From Mobula hypostoma (lineage: Eukaryota), in assembly GCF_963921235.1 (NCBI RefSeq), contig NC_086097.1:2728001-2792000 (forward strand): DNA of 64,000 bases, read 5' to 3'. The first letter of the stretch is position 1. Each line of letters starts with the position of its first letter. Positions 13,077-26,842 of the stretch are shown here, in pieces. The notes beneath the pieces are model-generated. The model was not told the origin of the DNA. It ran no database searches and was given only the letters and a program-made list of their open reading frames with translations. Position numbers and translations under genes: made by a program.

Positions 13077-14330
13077 ATAACCAAACCCCTCAGAATGCCT
13101 TCCAATAACTCTTCCACAGCTGATGTCAGACTCACCGGCCTATAATTTCCTTGTTTATATTCAGAGCCTTTTTTAAACAGTGGAACAACAACTTTGGCTG
13201 TCCTCCAATCCTCTAGTACCTCTCCTATCACCAAGGATGATTTAAATATCTCTGCCAGCACTTGCCTCTCGTAGGGTCCGAGGAAACACCTTGACAGGCC
13301 CTGGGGACTTATCCACCCTGATTTGCCCTTGGACTTCGGCCACATTCCACCAAGATTCAACACCGGGCGGCATGGGAGGTCGTTCCTGCCTGTGGCCATC
13401 GAACTTGCAGCTCCTCCCGTGGCGGGTCAGACACCCTGAGCCAATAGGCTGGTCCTGGACTTTTTTCCATCTGGCATAGTTTGCATTTTGTTGTTTGATC
13501 GTTTGTGGTTTTTGTATTGCTATATTTATGCTCTATTCTTGGTTGGTGCAGCTGCAACGAAACCCAATTTCCCTCAGGATCAATAAAGTACATCTATCTC
13601 AGAACAGCAAATACCTCCTTCTACGTAATCTGTACAGAATTCATGAAGTTCATACTGCTTTGCCTTACTTCTATAGACTCTGTATCCATCTCCCAAGTAA
13701 TTACAGATGCAAGAAATTCACTTATCATTTCCCCCATCTCTTTTGGCTCCACACAACGATTTCCATTCTGATCTTCTAGAGGACCAATTTTGTCCCTTGC
13801 AATCCTTTTGCCCTTAACAAATCTGTAGAATCCCTCGGGATTCTCTTTGACCTTGCCTGCTAGGGGAACCTCATGCCTTTTTTTAGCCCTCAGGATTTCT
13901 TTAAGCATTCTCTTGCATTTCTTATATTTTATACGTACCTAATTTGTTCCTACCCACCTGTACCTGCTCTTAAATCTACCCTTCAAACCTACTCCTCAGC
14001 GTTTTTTCTGTAGTCCTGCCGAACGGTTTCGCCTGAAACTTTGACTGTACTATTTTCCCAGACGCTACCTGGCCTGCTGAATTTGTCCAGCATTTTGTTT
14101 GCATGTTGTATCTGCTCTGCATCTTTTTTCTTAACTTGAGCCCTCAATATCTCTTGAAAACCAAGGTTCCCTGCACCTGTTATCTTTACCTTTTATTCTG
14201 ACAGGCAAGCTTTGTACTCTGAAAATTTCACTTTTGAAGGCCTCTCACTTACCAAGGACACCTTTGCCAGAAAACAGCCTGCCCCAGTTCACAAGTGCCA
14301 GATCATTTCTGACACCATCAAAATTGGCCA
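13077..14330 (-). mobile_element. CR1 fragment with nested Rex1-type tail (~13345-13600) and decayed Penelope terminus (~13975-14100)
   Basis: NYRPVSLTS and RAKKRHE motifs. The Rex tail matches 2930-3130. A decayed hammerhead-like stretch GTCCTGCCGAACGG...GAAACTTTGAC is present. Confidence 0.7.
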
Positions 14331-15792
14331 GTGTTTGACATGTATCATGTCAGAGTTCAAAGTTTATCAAAGTACATATATGTCACCATATCCTGAGATT
14401 CATTTTCTTGCAGGCATTTACAGCAAATTCCAAGGCACATTTGAATAGTCATAGTCATACCTTATTGATCCCGGGTGAAATTGGTTAATCAATGAGAAAC
14501 CTCAAAACAGACGGACAAAGAATCCATATGCAAAAGACAAACTGTATAAATGCAAAGGAAAAAGTAGTAATAAATATCGAGAATAGAAGCTGTAGAGTTC
14601 TTAAAAGTGAGTGTGTAGATTCTGAATCAGTCTAGAGTTGAGGTGAGTGGAGTTATCTCCTCTGTTTTAAGAACCTGATGGTTGAGCGATAAAATTGGGA
14701 TCTAACTATTAAGTCTTTCCAGTTCAGGAATCAGGAATTCCACAAAACTGGTTAAAATCCAGTGGTAAAAAGCTAGCAAATACTGGAAAGCTATAACAAA
14801 ATCAAAGCCAAGCTCATGCAAACACTTTCATTGCTTAATCAATGGTAATTCCCCCTCCACATTTACACAAATCAGCATTGCAGTGGACGGATGATAACCC
14901 AGTGACAATTAATAGCTCTATCCATGATGACTAACCAATTTACTTTGTCCAAGGTATTCCTGCAAGCAATCAAACTAGGAAAGACATGTAGGATTAAATT
15001 GTTGACAACTGGAATCCAACAGTAGAAAACAAACTTGCTTTCCATTGAACCAGTCAATGGAAGACTGACAAGCTATCTCTGGGGTGGGATGGAAAATAAA
15101 ACATTTGAACACAGACCTCAGTTTTTAAAAAAAATCAGATGTCAAATTCAGGCCAGTTTCAAGGCACTGAGGAAATGTATCTGAACAGTGATGAGAGTTG
15201 CTGTCTGCAGTAGGAACATGATTTTTTCAGCACTGCTTGTAAAGCAGGAAGAGAGAGATCACACTCAGCACTTAAGCAAATCCATCACCAGAGACAACCT
15301 GCAATGGCTGTGCAATATCCAAGCTCACTGCACTGACACCTACAACCTTTCCCACTGCTTAGAATTGGTGCTCACTTCCTTGAAGCAGAGGCATTCCTGC
15401 ACAATAACGAGAGAGCATTTCATCCGACTACCATCTGGTCTAAGTGTGACCAGTTCTTCCTGGCCATTATCTGTCCAGCTGCAAATATTAAGGCCAAGAG
15501 ATTTGGAGAGGTACTTTATGCACACACATTTCTGTTAACACCACAAACAGTTTTGTTTTGGAAAGCTGAATCATTGACTGTTCTGGTATTATATACACAA
15601 GATTATTTTCCTTTCCAGCGTAACTTTCCTAAGAGTATAACCAGAACAATTATAACCAGAAGCTAAATTCAATTTAAAATATATTGGTTCAAAATCTTCC
15701 TTTTTTTTAAAAAAAGGGGATGTGGTATAAAATTTCTAGTTTCTGCTGGCACATGAGAATTGGGCCAGAAAAAAAAGGAGTCCTCATAACAG

Positions 15793-17016
15793 CTCAAACA
15801 AGAGGAAATCTGCAGATGCTGGAAAACCGAACAAGACAAAATGCTGGAGGAACTCAGCAGGCCAGGCAGCATTTCATGGAAAAGAGTACAGTCGACATTT
15901 TGGACCGAAACACTTCGGCGGGACAGGAGAAAAAAAAAGCTGAGGAGCAGATTGAAAAGATGGTGGAGGGGAGAGAGAAACACAAGGTGATTGGTGAAAT
16001 CAGGAAGGGGAGGAATGAAGTAAAGAGCAGGGAAGTTGATTGGTGAAAGAGACAGAAGGCCATAAAAGAAAGAAAGGGGGGGTAATGGGTGGGCAAGGAG
16101 ATGGGAAATAGTGTAGGAGCGGGGGTAGAGCGCATTACTGGAAGCTAGAGAATTCTATGTTCATGCCATCAGGTTGGAGGCTACCCAAATGGAATGCCCA
16201 AGGTGCTGTTCCTCCAACCCAAGTATGTCTTCTTCATGAAAGTGGAGGAGGCCGTGGATGGACATATCAGAATGGGAAGTGGAATTAAAATGGATGGCAA
16301 CTGGGAAATCCCATTTTTACCTGCCCCTGCACCATTCAGGGCCCTAAACAATCATTCCAAGTGAGGCGACACTTCACCTGTGAGTCTATTGGGCTCATAT
16401 ACTGAGTCTGAGCTCCCGGTGTGACCTCCTATCTATCAGTGAGACCTGACGTAGATTGAGAGGCAGCTTCGCTGAGCACCTACACTCTGTCAGTCAGAAG
16501 AAGCAGGATCTCCCAGTAGCCATCCATTTTAATTCCATTTCCCATTCCGATAGATATGTCAATCCATGGCTGCCTCCAGTCATGATGAGGTCACACTCAG
16601 ATTGGAGGAACAACACCTTATAATCCATCCGGGCAGCCTCCAACCTGATGGCATGAACATCGATTTCTCTAAATTCTGGTAATACCCTCAACCCCTCTCC
16701 TTCACCATTTCCCTCCCTCACCTCATCTCCTTGCCTGCTCATCGCCTCCCTCTGGGTGCTCCTCCCCCTTTGCTTTCTTCGATGGTGTTCTGTCTCTTTC
16801 AGCAATCAACCTCCCAGCTCATTACTTCATCCCTCCCCCTCCAGGTTTCACCAATCACCTTGTGTTTCTCTTCCCTCTCCCCTCCTCCATCTTTTAAATC
16901 TATTCCTCAGCTTTTGTTCCCCCAGTCCTGCCGAAGGGTCTCGGCCCGAAACATCGACTGTTTACTCTTTTCCATAGATGCTGCCTGGCCTGCTGAGTAC
17001 CTCCAGCATTTTGTGT
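15793..17016. mobile_element. Older Penelope-like fold-back insertion (left arm minus, right arm plus, junction ~16320)
   Basis: GIY-YIG C-terminus and 3' UTR occur in inverted orientation. The 12-bp TSD TCCTCATAACAG is at 15781-15792 and 17017-17028. Confidence 0.8.
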
Positions 17017-18247
17017 TCCTCATAACAGTGGTCAAATTTTGACAACAATCAGACGTTATTCTATCAGAATGCACCACAATTTCTTAAGACTAGAACTTGT
17101 TTTATAGTTTTGAATGCCTGGAAACCCACTGTCTTTCCAAGTTTTCTGTCAATGAATCAAACTTTATAAAATAAATTAGGTTGCTGCAGAATCAATTAAT
17201 GTTTTCAAAGCACTCTCAATCTGGTTTCATCTCTAAATACATCAATTAAAATAATTTAATCAATTACAGAGTAAACAAGTTGATTGTTTTGGCCTATTCA
17301 TTTAAGGACTTAAAAATTGTCATCACACTGTTTGCTTTGTATATAGATGAACATTCAAAAGCAAAAGGGCAATTATTTAAACATTCTAATTAAAGAGTCT
17401 GAATTTGGAAACAACAAAATAACCTCACTACTTTGCCAACTAGCAGGTGTTCAAGGGAGTGCAGTATTTTGATGGAGCAAATTATGAAAAATTGTTTCCA
17501 GTGTCAAAAGCGTTGATAACCAGAAGATTTAATTATGGCCATAGTTCCTCAGACTATTTAAGAAACTGCTTTACAGGAAAGGTTGTCACAATCTGAAATG
17601 CAACACCTGAAAGAAGGGTAGCAGCTCATTCAATTACATCTTTTCCATAAAATCAACAGACATAGGAGCAGAATTAGGCCATTCAGTCTGTTCCACCATT
17701 CCTATATTATCTCTCTCAACCTGATTCTCTTCCCTTCTCCTCATAATCTTTGACATCCTGAGTAATCAAGAACTTATCAATCTCTGTATTAACTATGCTC
17801 ATTGACTCTGCCTCCACAGCCGTCTGTGGCAATGAATTTCACAGATTCAAAACCCTCTGGCTTAGGAGTTTCTCATCTCTGTTCTATTCTGAGGCTGTCC
17901 CCTCTGGTCCTAGATTTTCCCATTATTGGAATCAGCCTCTCCACATGCACTCTAGGCCTTTCACTGGGCATTCCAACCCAGGAATAGTTCTAATTGCACC
18001 CAAGATGGTGTGCAATCAGCCTATCGACATCTAAACGCAGTACGTGTATACAGAGAGTATCCTCTCCTCGTCCGCTCTATCTTGGCCTTTCAATAAAGTC
18101 AACCAAGGAAATTTATTTCCGTTCTGAAAGGGAATACTCGAAGAATATGATTACCAATAGCAAAAGGAAAGGAGAATGGAATTAATTCTCTCGTTATGCA
18201 CACAGCTACATGTGTGAACCAGATTGAGCCCTTTAACATTATCCTTT

Positions 18248-18505
18248 GGTGGCACGGTAGTATAGCAGTTAGGGCAATGCTATTACAGCTCAGGCTGTTT
18301 CGCAGTTCAATTCCAGCACCGTTCTGCAGGGAGTCATTGTATGTGGAATGTGTGGGTTCTCCCTGGGTGCCCCAGTTTTCCCCCACAGTCCAGGTAGGTT
18401 AATTGGGCCATTGTAAGTTGCTCCGTGATTAGGCTAGGTTTAAATTGGGGTTGTCAGGGGTTGCTGGGGCAGTAGGGCTGGCAGGTGTATCACAAAAATA
18501 AAAAA
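18248..18505 (+). mobile_element. tRNA-derived SINE
   Basis: TGGCACGGTAGTATAGCAG A box and GTTCAATTCC B box. Same family as the SINE at 10138. Confidence 0.65.
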
Positions 18506-18843
18506 AGTTTAGCTCGGAAGAAGAATGCAATTACACTGACAAGAATCTGATTCAGATTACACTGACAGAAGAACAAGATACTCTATGAATTGTGTACAGC
18601 TTTCATTGCAGTGTTGGAAGCCAGCTATATTTCATTAGGAGTTTGACTCGGTATGTCAAAGATCAGAACAAATTTCTACAGATGTACTGATATGCTTGTA
18701 AAGAGATGTGCAGCACCAATGATATTAAACCCAATTCGGATTCTGGGGTTGTAGATGAAAAGAGGAAGCAGGAAGCAATCTTTCAAATGGTAAAATTAAC
18801 TGATGTTGATAGTAGTATGGGCCAAACTCAAACAGACAATCAA

Positions 18844-19058
18844 ATACACACAAATTGCTAGAGGAGCTCAGCAGGCCAGGCAGCATCTACGTAAAAGAGT
18901 ACTGTTGATGTTTCAGGCCGAGTCCTGGTGAAGTGTCTCGGCTCGAAATATCAACTCTACTCTTTTCTATCGATGCTGCCTGGCCTACTGAGTTCCTCCA
19001 GCAATTTGTGTGTGTTGCTTGGATTTCCAGCATCTGCAGATTTTCTCTTGTTTGTGAT
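18844..19058. mobile_element. Short decayed Penelope fold-back
   Basis: Inverted terminal arms with imperfect TSD CAGACAATCAA (18833-18843) / CAGACAAACAA (19059-19069). Confidence 0.7.
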
Positions 19059-19869
19059 CAGACAAACAACTGGGTTCTGTATTTCATGCATTCACCAGAA
19101 CAAAAGCCAACTAAATGCTTAACATAATAAAGAATACAGCACTCTTGGAATTATTGTATGCAAATACAAAAAATAATTTAACTAGAAAATGCGTTGATGT
19201 TAGAAGATAACACTTTCTGTAAATTCAGAGACAAACAAGCATAAGGTTATCTAAAAACGATCAATTGTTAAACTACGTAAACAGGAACCACAAGGATCCA
19301 CCTTAAAACCCATAGTTTAATCATTGCCATCGTTGGCTGATCAGTTTTAGAATAAGCAACAGTGTTTACTTAATTCGAACAAAGCCATTGTAAGATATAA
19401 TACCGATAAGCACCACATTTTTAAAACCTCCAAGGCTATACTTTGAAAGCTTGATCCTAAACAAATTCCAAGTACTGAAACACTCAATTCTCGGGACTGT
19501 TAGTACCATTATTTCCAATGCCAAAAAAAATCTCAGAATCACTACAATTTATATTTTCTGATCTGTGCGCCAAAAGCACAGCTTTGACAGCAAAAATGTA
19601 TATATCCTGCTCCATACAGAGGCCGATAAAAACATACCACCACCTTGAAGGACAGGGCTAAGGGTGAGGAGTGGTGGGAGTTATTAAGGGAGGTTAGAAG
19701 ATGGAATTTTAAAAAAACGCCCATACAGGCATAATTCTCCCAGTGAAAATGCAAATGATCTGCGATGACACACTCATACTGCACCCTAGACAAGACAGAA
19801 ACAGCCACTTTGGATATGCAGAGGTTGAAATGCAACCGACAAGCTGCATTTTTTCCTTCTCTCATAACT

Positions 19870-20640
19870 GTCGACGTTGAACTCTTACATAAAAAAGTGA
19901 CTGCATTGAGGAAACGCCGGCGCCACTATATAAACTAGCATCAGTTGGGAAGAGGAGACGTGGGAAGGCGAAGGTCTCCCTCCCCACCTCCGTCTCAGCG
20001 GAATTAAGACGGGCGCCACGAACTCTCAGAGGCAACTGGGGGCCGGGGCCGTGCGCGGAGAGGGCCCGGGCGAACACCCCCACCCCCTGCAGCCTGGTTC
20101 GGGGGTGTGGGCCCGGTGGGTCGCCCCTCCTCGACAGCCTGGGCCCAAGCCCCCTCTGTAGCCTGGACTGTCCTCCCCGAAACTTTCCCCCACCCACCCC
20201 CAGCGCCTGTAGCCACTCACCGCTCCTTCCAAAGGCAAGTTTCCCCGGGTTTAGTCCGAGCACTCCAGAGCCGGCCTCAGCCCGGTCCCGGTCCGGCTCC
20301 ATCCCTCCCCTGTACCAATTAATCCTCAGTAACTCATCGCCGCACAGAGCAGACCGTCTCCTGCTGCCCCACCGCCCTCCAAGCCTCTTCCCCATTGAAC
20401 GCCGAGCAGCCAATCAGCGGCGGCATTGCTGAGGGAGGGGGCGGCTCCGACCTGCGCCGAGTCTCCAGCCCCCGTGGGCTCGGATTTAAAAGCCGGTGCC
20501 ACGGATTCCTGCAGCTTAGCAACCCCGGCCGAGCAGAGCAGAAAATAAAACGGCTTGGCTTCTCACTGGTGCAGGGATCATTGTGCGAGGTTAACTATTG
20601 TCCAAAGTTCAAAGTAAATTTATTATCCAAGTACATGCGG
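19870..20640. promoter_or_regulatory. CpG island / probable promoter
   Basis: The only long GC- and CpG-rich stretch not explained by repeats. Contains CAGCCAATCAG (CCAAT box, ~20408), GGGGGCGG (GC box, ~20437) and ATTTAAAA (~20484). Confidence 0.75.
20221..20390 (-). other. Candidate first exon of an unidentified minus-strand transcript
   Basis: Strong donor GCG|GTGAGT at 20221/20220 inside the CpG island. ATG in GGGATGG context at 20302 (MEPDRDRAEAGSGVLGLNPGKLAFGRS). The 5' boundary is a guess. Confidence 0.45.
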
Positions 20641-20661
20641 GTCGCAGTATACAACCTTGTG

Positions 20662-20835
20662 CAACACACGTCAAAGTTGCTGGTGAACGCAGCAGGCCAG
20701 GCAGCATCTATAGGAAGAGGTACAGTCAACGTTTCAGGCCGAGACCCTTCGTCAGGACTAACGTTCACCAGCAACTTTGATGTGTGTTGCTTGAATTTCC
20801 AGCATCTGCAGAATTCCTGTTGTTTGCGTTTTTAA
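20662..20835. mobile_element. 174-bp Penelope fold-back
   Basis: Inverted termini with the 13-bp TSD ATACAACCTTGTG at 20649-20661 and 20836-20848. Confidence 0.85.
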
Positions 20836-21824
20836 ATACAACCTTGTGATTCATTTTCTTGCGGGCAATAACAATAAATCCAAGAATCAATGAAAGCCTG
20901 CACCCAGCAGGACGGACAAACAATCTATGAATTGTACAAATACAGATAGGAATAATAATAATAAATAAGCAATATATATTGCTTCTGGTTCAAGAACCTG
21001 ATGTTTGAAGGGCAGTAACTGGTCCTAAACCTGGTGGCTCCTGTACCTCCTACCTGGTGGCAGCAGTGAGGAGAGTCTGGCCTAGATGGTGGGGTCCATG
21101 AATCGGGATGCTGCTCTCTTGTGACAGCACTCCGTGTAGATGTGCTCAATGGTTAGTGTGGTTAGAAATGATTAATTAATCCCAAATTAATGAGCCCTCA
21201 GTAGAGATAAAAAGATCTGTTTACTGATGGAGTACAGTGCTGGTAGATTCTAATTGGATTATAGATGATCTGTTTCACTACATTTTGCTACAGAAGTTCA
21301 GTTGAAAGTAGAAATGGAGCTGATACAATTGAAACAACAAACAAAAAGCTGGAGGAACGCAGCGGGTCATATTTACACTTATTTATTACACGTACATCAT
21401 GATATGCAGTGTAATATGCTGTTCACATTGACACCCAGGGATATGCTGGGGGCAGTCTGCACACACATTCCGATGCCAACATAGAATGGCCACAATGTTC
21501 AGCACAACAACACACAGTGCAGAACATACAAGCAGCAACATCGACACACTGTTTCCCACACACACAATCAACCCTGGGAACAGGCTGCCTCGCGTCCTTG
21601 GGTCTCCTACCAGACTTGACCTTCCGGTCTCTACCTCCAGACTCGTGACTTCAATCTTCGACCTTTCTGGCTTTCTACCACCGGCTCACTGAGTTTTGGA
21701 CTTTGACTTTCGGCTTTGACCTCTGAACTTTGCCAGCCTCTGGGTATTGACCCTAGGGCTTTCTGATCATGGGTTTGACCTTTGGACCTTGATCCCAGGA
21801 CACGCCAATCACGCATTTAACCTT

Positions 21825-22360
21825 CAGAACAAAGAACATCAATCAGTACAGCACAGGAACAGGACGTTTGGCCCACAGTGTTATTCTGAATCAATAAAAT
21901 TAGGAATCAAATGGCCAATTTATCTAATTCCTTCTGCCTAAACAATGTCCATATCCCTCCATTTTCCTCACATTCCTGTGCCTAGCTAAACATCTCTGAA
22001 AAGTCTGTAATGTATCTGCCTCTACCACCACCCCAGGCAGCACATTCCAGACACCCACCACTTCCTGTGTAAACAAGACCTACCCCTCACATCTCCTTTG
22101 AAATTATCCTCTCTCACCTTAAATGCATGCCTTCGGATATTAGACATTCCAGCTCTGAGAAAAAGATACAGTGTGGCTACTCTATCTGTGCCTGTCATAA
22201 TATAATGAACTTCTATCAGATCTCTCCTCAGCCTCTGCCGCTCCAGAGAAAACCCGTTTGTCCAGCCTCTCATTAAAGCACATGCCCTCTAATCCAGACA
22301 GAATCCTGATACACCTCTTCTGCACCCTCTCCAAACCCCGGACACCTTTTCTATAATGCG
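21825..22360 (-). mobile_element. CR1 LINE 3' fragment
   Basis: FSLERQRLRRDLIEV motif in ORF 22022-22273, plus a CR1 tail. Confidence 0.75.
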
Positions 22361-23634
22361 GCTCAATGGAACCAGCCTCCGGGATTGTTGATTTACAACC
22401 ACAGAGTGCCTGGGTCAGACTGCATCTGTGGAGGGAACTGTAGAGTCATCGTTTCGACGCAGATTTTTCACCTGGACTCCTCTGGCACTTTACAACCAGG
22501 TGGAATGAACACTGACTTTGTGTTCTTTCCTCTCCTCCATCACATGAACAGAAAGTAGTTTGATGGACTCATGAACACACACAAAGTGCAGCAACTCAGT
22601 GGGTCAGGCAGCATCTATGGAAAGGAATGATCAGTCGATATTTGGGCCAAGACCCTTCATCAGGATTGGATAGGAGGGGAGAGGAAGGGCTCATTGTTGT
22701 GTGTGTTTTTTTTAACAACATGATCTTCCTTGAGCTATGATATCCTTATTTGTCTTGTAGACATTAGGCAGGTGTTCTTCCCACTTTAAATAAATTTATA
22801 ATTTACACTATACATATTTAACTCCAACTTACAACATTAAATACACCCTATATTTCATTTAGAGTTTGAAGAGGTTTGGTATGTCACCAAAGATACTGAC
22901 AAATCAAATTTCTACAGATGTACCATGGAGAGCATTCTAACTGGTCACAGCACCAACTGGTATGGACGGGCTACTGTACAGGATTGAAATAAGCTGCAGA
23001 GAGTTGTAAACTCAGTCAGCTCCATCATGGGCACTAGCCTCCGTAGTATCCAGAAAATTTTCAAGGTGCGATGCTTCAAAAAGGCAGCATCCATCATTCA
23101 GGAACCCCCTCACCCAGGCCATGCCAGGTTCTCATTGCTACCATCAAAGAGCAGGTAAATACTCCTGAAGCCTCACACTCAATGATCCAGGAACAGCTCC
23201 TTCCCCTCTGCCACTTTATTTCTGAATGGGCATTGAACCCATGAACACTACCTCACTACACTTCTATTTCTATTTTTACACTACTTCAGTGCCTACAAAA
23301 AGCATTCACCCCCTTGGAAGTTTTTATCTTTTATTGTTTTACAACATTGAATCACAGTGGATTTAATTGGGCTGTTTTGACACTGATCAACAGAAAAGGA
23401 CACTTATGTGTCAAAGTGAAAACAGATCTCTACAAAGTGATCTAAATTAATTACAAATATAAAACACAAAATAATTGATTGCATAAGTATTCACCCCCTT
23501 TAAAATGATGCACCAAATCATCACTGGTGCAGCCAATTGGTTTTAGAAGTCACATAATTAGTTAAACGGAGATCACCATGAAGTCAATGCGTTTCAATTG
23601 ATCGTAGTAAAATCTGGAAGGTTTAACTGCTGAT

Positions 23635-26336
23635 TAAAGAAGGTTATACGATTGTTACTGAAATAGAGAAGGTTGAGTTACCGACTTGGTTATTTGCTGC
23701 AATTCATAATCAAGATAATAAAGATAATAAAGTGAAGAGGCTAAACAATGTAGGATAAGATTCTAAGTGAATACCCTAATGGGTTGGAAGCCAGCTGTAG
23801 CAATGATAGTATTAGTGACGTTGTTTTCCTTGTGTGAATTTAAGAAAGCTATTAATAGTTCAGGTCAGATGGCTCCAGGAAAGGATGATATATGTTATTG
23901 TATGTTTAAACATATGGCTGACAACTCTCTTGCATCATATTTGGAGTTTAGGCCATCATGAATTTCTGAATCATATTTGGAGTTTACACCATCATGAAAA
24001 ATGGCAGTAGTAGTACCTATTGTAAAACTTGGGAGACCCCTGTTGGATTCTTCTAGTTATTGACCAGTATCATTAACGTCCCGTTTCTGTAAACTCATGG
24101 AATGTATGGTAATACAGCGGTTGAATTATATTTTGGAAACAAGAGGTGATATAGCATTTTATCAGAGTGGATTTCAGAAGGGTAAAATAACATTGGATTC
24201 AGTTTTATGTATGGAAGGTGATATTAGTAAAGTGTAGGTAAATAAAGAAGTTGTAATCGCAGTATTCTTTGATATAGAAAAAGCATATGACATGTTATGC
24301 AGGGATATCTTCTGATTAAATTATGGAAATTAAGAGTGAGAGGAAGGCTATATGATTTTTTTCTGAGTTTTTTATTTGGACAGTCTATGCAGGTAAGGGT
24401 ATGAAAGGTATATTCGGGCTTCTATGAGATAGAGAATGTATTTCACAAGGCAGTATTTGCAGCCCTTTATTGTTTAATATTATGATTAATGGTATTTTCT
24501 GTGCGATGGGCACTTGGGTGCAGAAATCATCTTTTGCAGATGATGGAGGTTTATGGACCAGAGGAAAAAAATTCAATTTAACTATATATAGGATACAATT
24601 AGTGATTAATAAGGTTGAACAGTGGACAAATAGATGGAGTTTTAAGCTTTCTGTAGCTAAAATGCAAGTTATATGTTTTACGAAGAGGATCAATAGACCT
24701 ACACTTAATTTGAAATTAAATAGTCAAACTCCTGAAGAAGTGTCAGTGGTAAGAGTTCTTGGTGTGTGGCTGGATAATAAGGTGACATGGAAGCACCATA
24801 TCAGTAAGATAACTGACAGATGTAAAGGGGCATTAAATATCCCTGGGTGTCTGTGTGGGTTTTCTTGGGGTGCTACACGAAGACCTCTGTGACCATTTCT
24901 ATTTGTTTAATTAGATTGGTACTTGATTATGGTTGTGTGGCTTATGGATCAGCTTCTTCTTCAAATTTAAAATGTTCGGATCTGACACAAACTCAGGCTT
25001 TAAGACGGCGTTGTGTTGTATCTCCTGTTTCAGCTTTACTGGTTACCCTTACAGTTGTGGAGGATGAAGTTGTTGTTAACATACTGGGTTAACTTGAGGG
25101 GGCAGAGGAATGATCACCCTGATAAAAGTGTGTTGGAAGACTATTGGGATCATCAAGAGAAGAATGTTTTTAATTTTGGGTGACTGGGTTCTCATCACGC
25201 TAAGAATATAGGTTTGCTGGATTATGTAATTTGTTCCACTGTAGCTTTCTCAGTAATCACACTTCAGTCTTTTCCAATGGCCTTAGTTGATTTTAGGTTG
25301 CGTGATTTCATGAAATCCAAGGATCCTGATATGCCTGAGAGTCTGTTGGTTTATCAGTATGTTAAGGAAGATTATTGTGATCTGTTGACCATTTTTACAG
25401 ATGGATCAAAAGATAATTTAACAGGGAATGTCAGTGTGGCTGTCTTTGCAGGTAACGATAAAGAAACGTCTTACTAGCTACCTATCAGTGTATACTGCAG
25501 AACTGGTTGCCATCATTTTGGGCTTGCAGTGGTGAAGAAAATCTGTCCTTGCAAAGTTATAATTTGTTCAGATTCTTTTTTGGTTTTGACTAGTCATAAA
25601 ATAGGTCATTCTAGCAGTAGGCCTGATTTACAGCTGGAAACTCTTCAAACGTTATTTCACATTCGAAGTATTGGTCTACATGTCCTCTTCTTATCGGTCC
25701 CTGCACACAGAGGTGTGGAGGGGAATGAGCAGGTTGATTATTTGGCCAAAAAAGCTGTTAAAAGTTCATCTGTGGATATAGACCTTCCAAGTCTCAAATC
25801 AGGAGCTAAGGGGTTGGTGGGGCTAACAATCAGGGAATTATGGCAAGACTTGTGGGAGAATGGGTATAAGGGGAGACACTTTTACAGAATGCACAGAACT
25901 GTTGGATTGCTGGGAGAAAGGGTAAGACCAGAAGGGATGGAATTATATTGATTTGACTTAGAATTGGGTATACTATTCCTTGTGTCTTGATGGAAAACAT
26001 CACTTTGGGCTGTGTAGGTTTTGTCATCATTATGAAACAAATGAACACGTTCTTTTACACTTGAAGCATCTCAGGTTAAAAGAAAGCAAATGCAGGCTGC
26101 ACTACTAGATTTGGGGCTTGACAGTATCCATTTAAAAAGTTTTACCAAGTTATGGGAGTGACCTTAATTTAATTCACAATATTGTCTTTCATTATTTAAA
26201 ATCTAAAGGGCTTTCTGAGGTAATTTAGTTTTAAGTTGATAAAGAACTAGTAGGGGTTTTATTTCCCAACTCTCCAGTCCAGTTGGTGGCAGTAATGCAC
26301 CTTTAAGTTGGACTGCCAACTGCCAACCGCCATTAA
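23635..26336 (+). mobile_element. Decayed I/Nimb-clade LINE with RT and RNase H
   Basis: APGKDDI, FDIEKAYD and FADDG RT motifs. RNase H motifs IFTDGSK, IICSDS and VPAHRGVEGNEQVDYLAK. 3' end CCAGTCCAGTTGGTGGCAGTAATGCACC. Confidence 0.8.
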
Positions 26337-26842
26337 AATTCGTTGTCATTGTGGTCGTCAGAAGAGGAAAGAGGTTCAGCTGCTTGTGAGTCAGTATCTT
26401 GGCAAAAACTACACCATGAAGACAAAAGAACACCCTAAACAACTCTGTGAAAAGGTTATGGAAAAGCACAAACCTGGAAATCCTGGAGGAATACCAGATG
26501 CAGCCTGCAAGAGAACTGTGACTTGGGAGAAGATTTGTTTTTCAGAAAGACCATGACCCCAAGCATAAAGCCAAAGCTACGCAGGAATGGCTTAAAAACA
26601 CAAAGTTAATGTCCTTGAGTGACCAAGTCAGAGTCCAGACCTCAATCCAATTGAGAATTTGTGTCTGGACTTGAAAAGGGCTGTTCACTTATGATCCTCA
26701 TGCAATGTGACTGTGCTTGAGCAGTTTAGAAAAGAAGAATGGGGAAAACTGCAGTGTCCAGATGTGCAAAGCTGATAGAGACCTATCCACACAGACTCAA
26801 GTCTGTAATTAGTGCATACACTAAATAATGACTTGAAGCGGG

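Noticed and set aside
17994..18238. LTR-like fragment with AATAAA ending TTAACA
   Set aside because: No 5' TG boundary, TSD or partner copy is visible, so it is too weak to call.
19862..20413. 183-aa minus-strand ORF across the CpG island
   Set aside because: Low-complexity Arg/Gly-rich read-through is typical of GC-rich DNA, and it crosses a strong splice donor.
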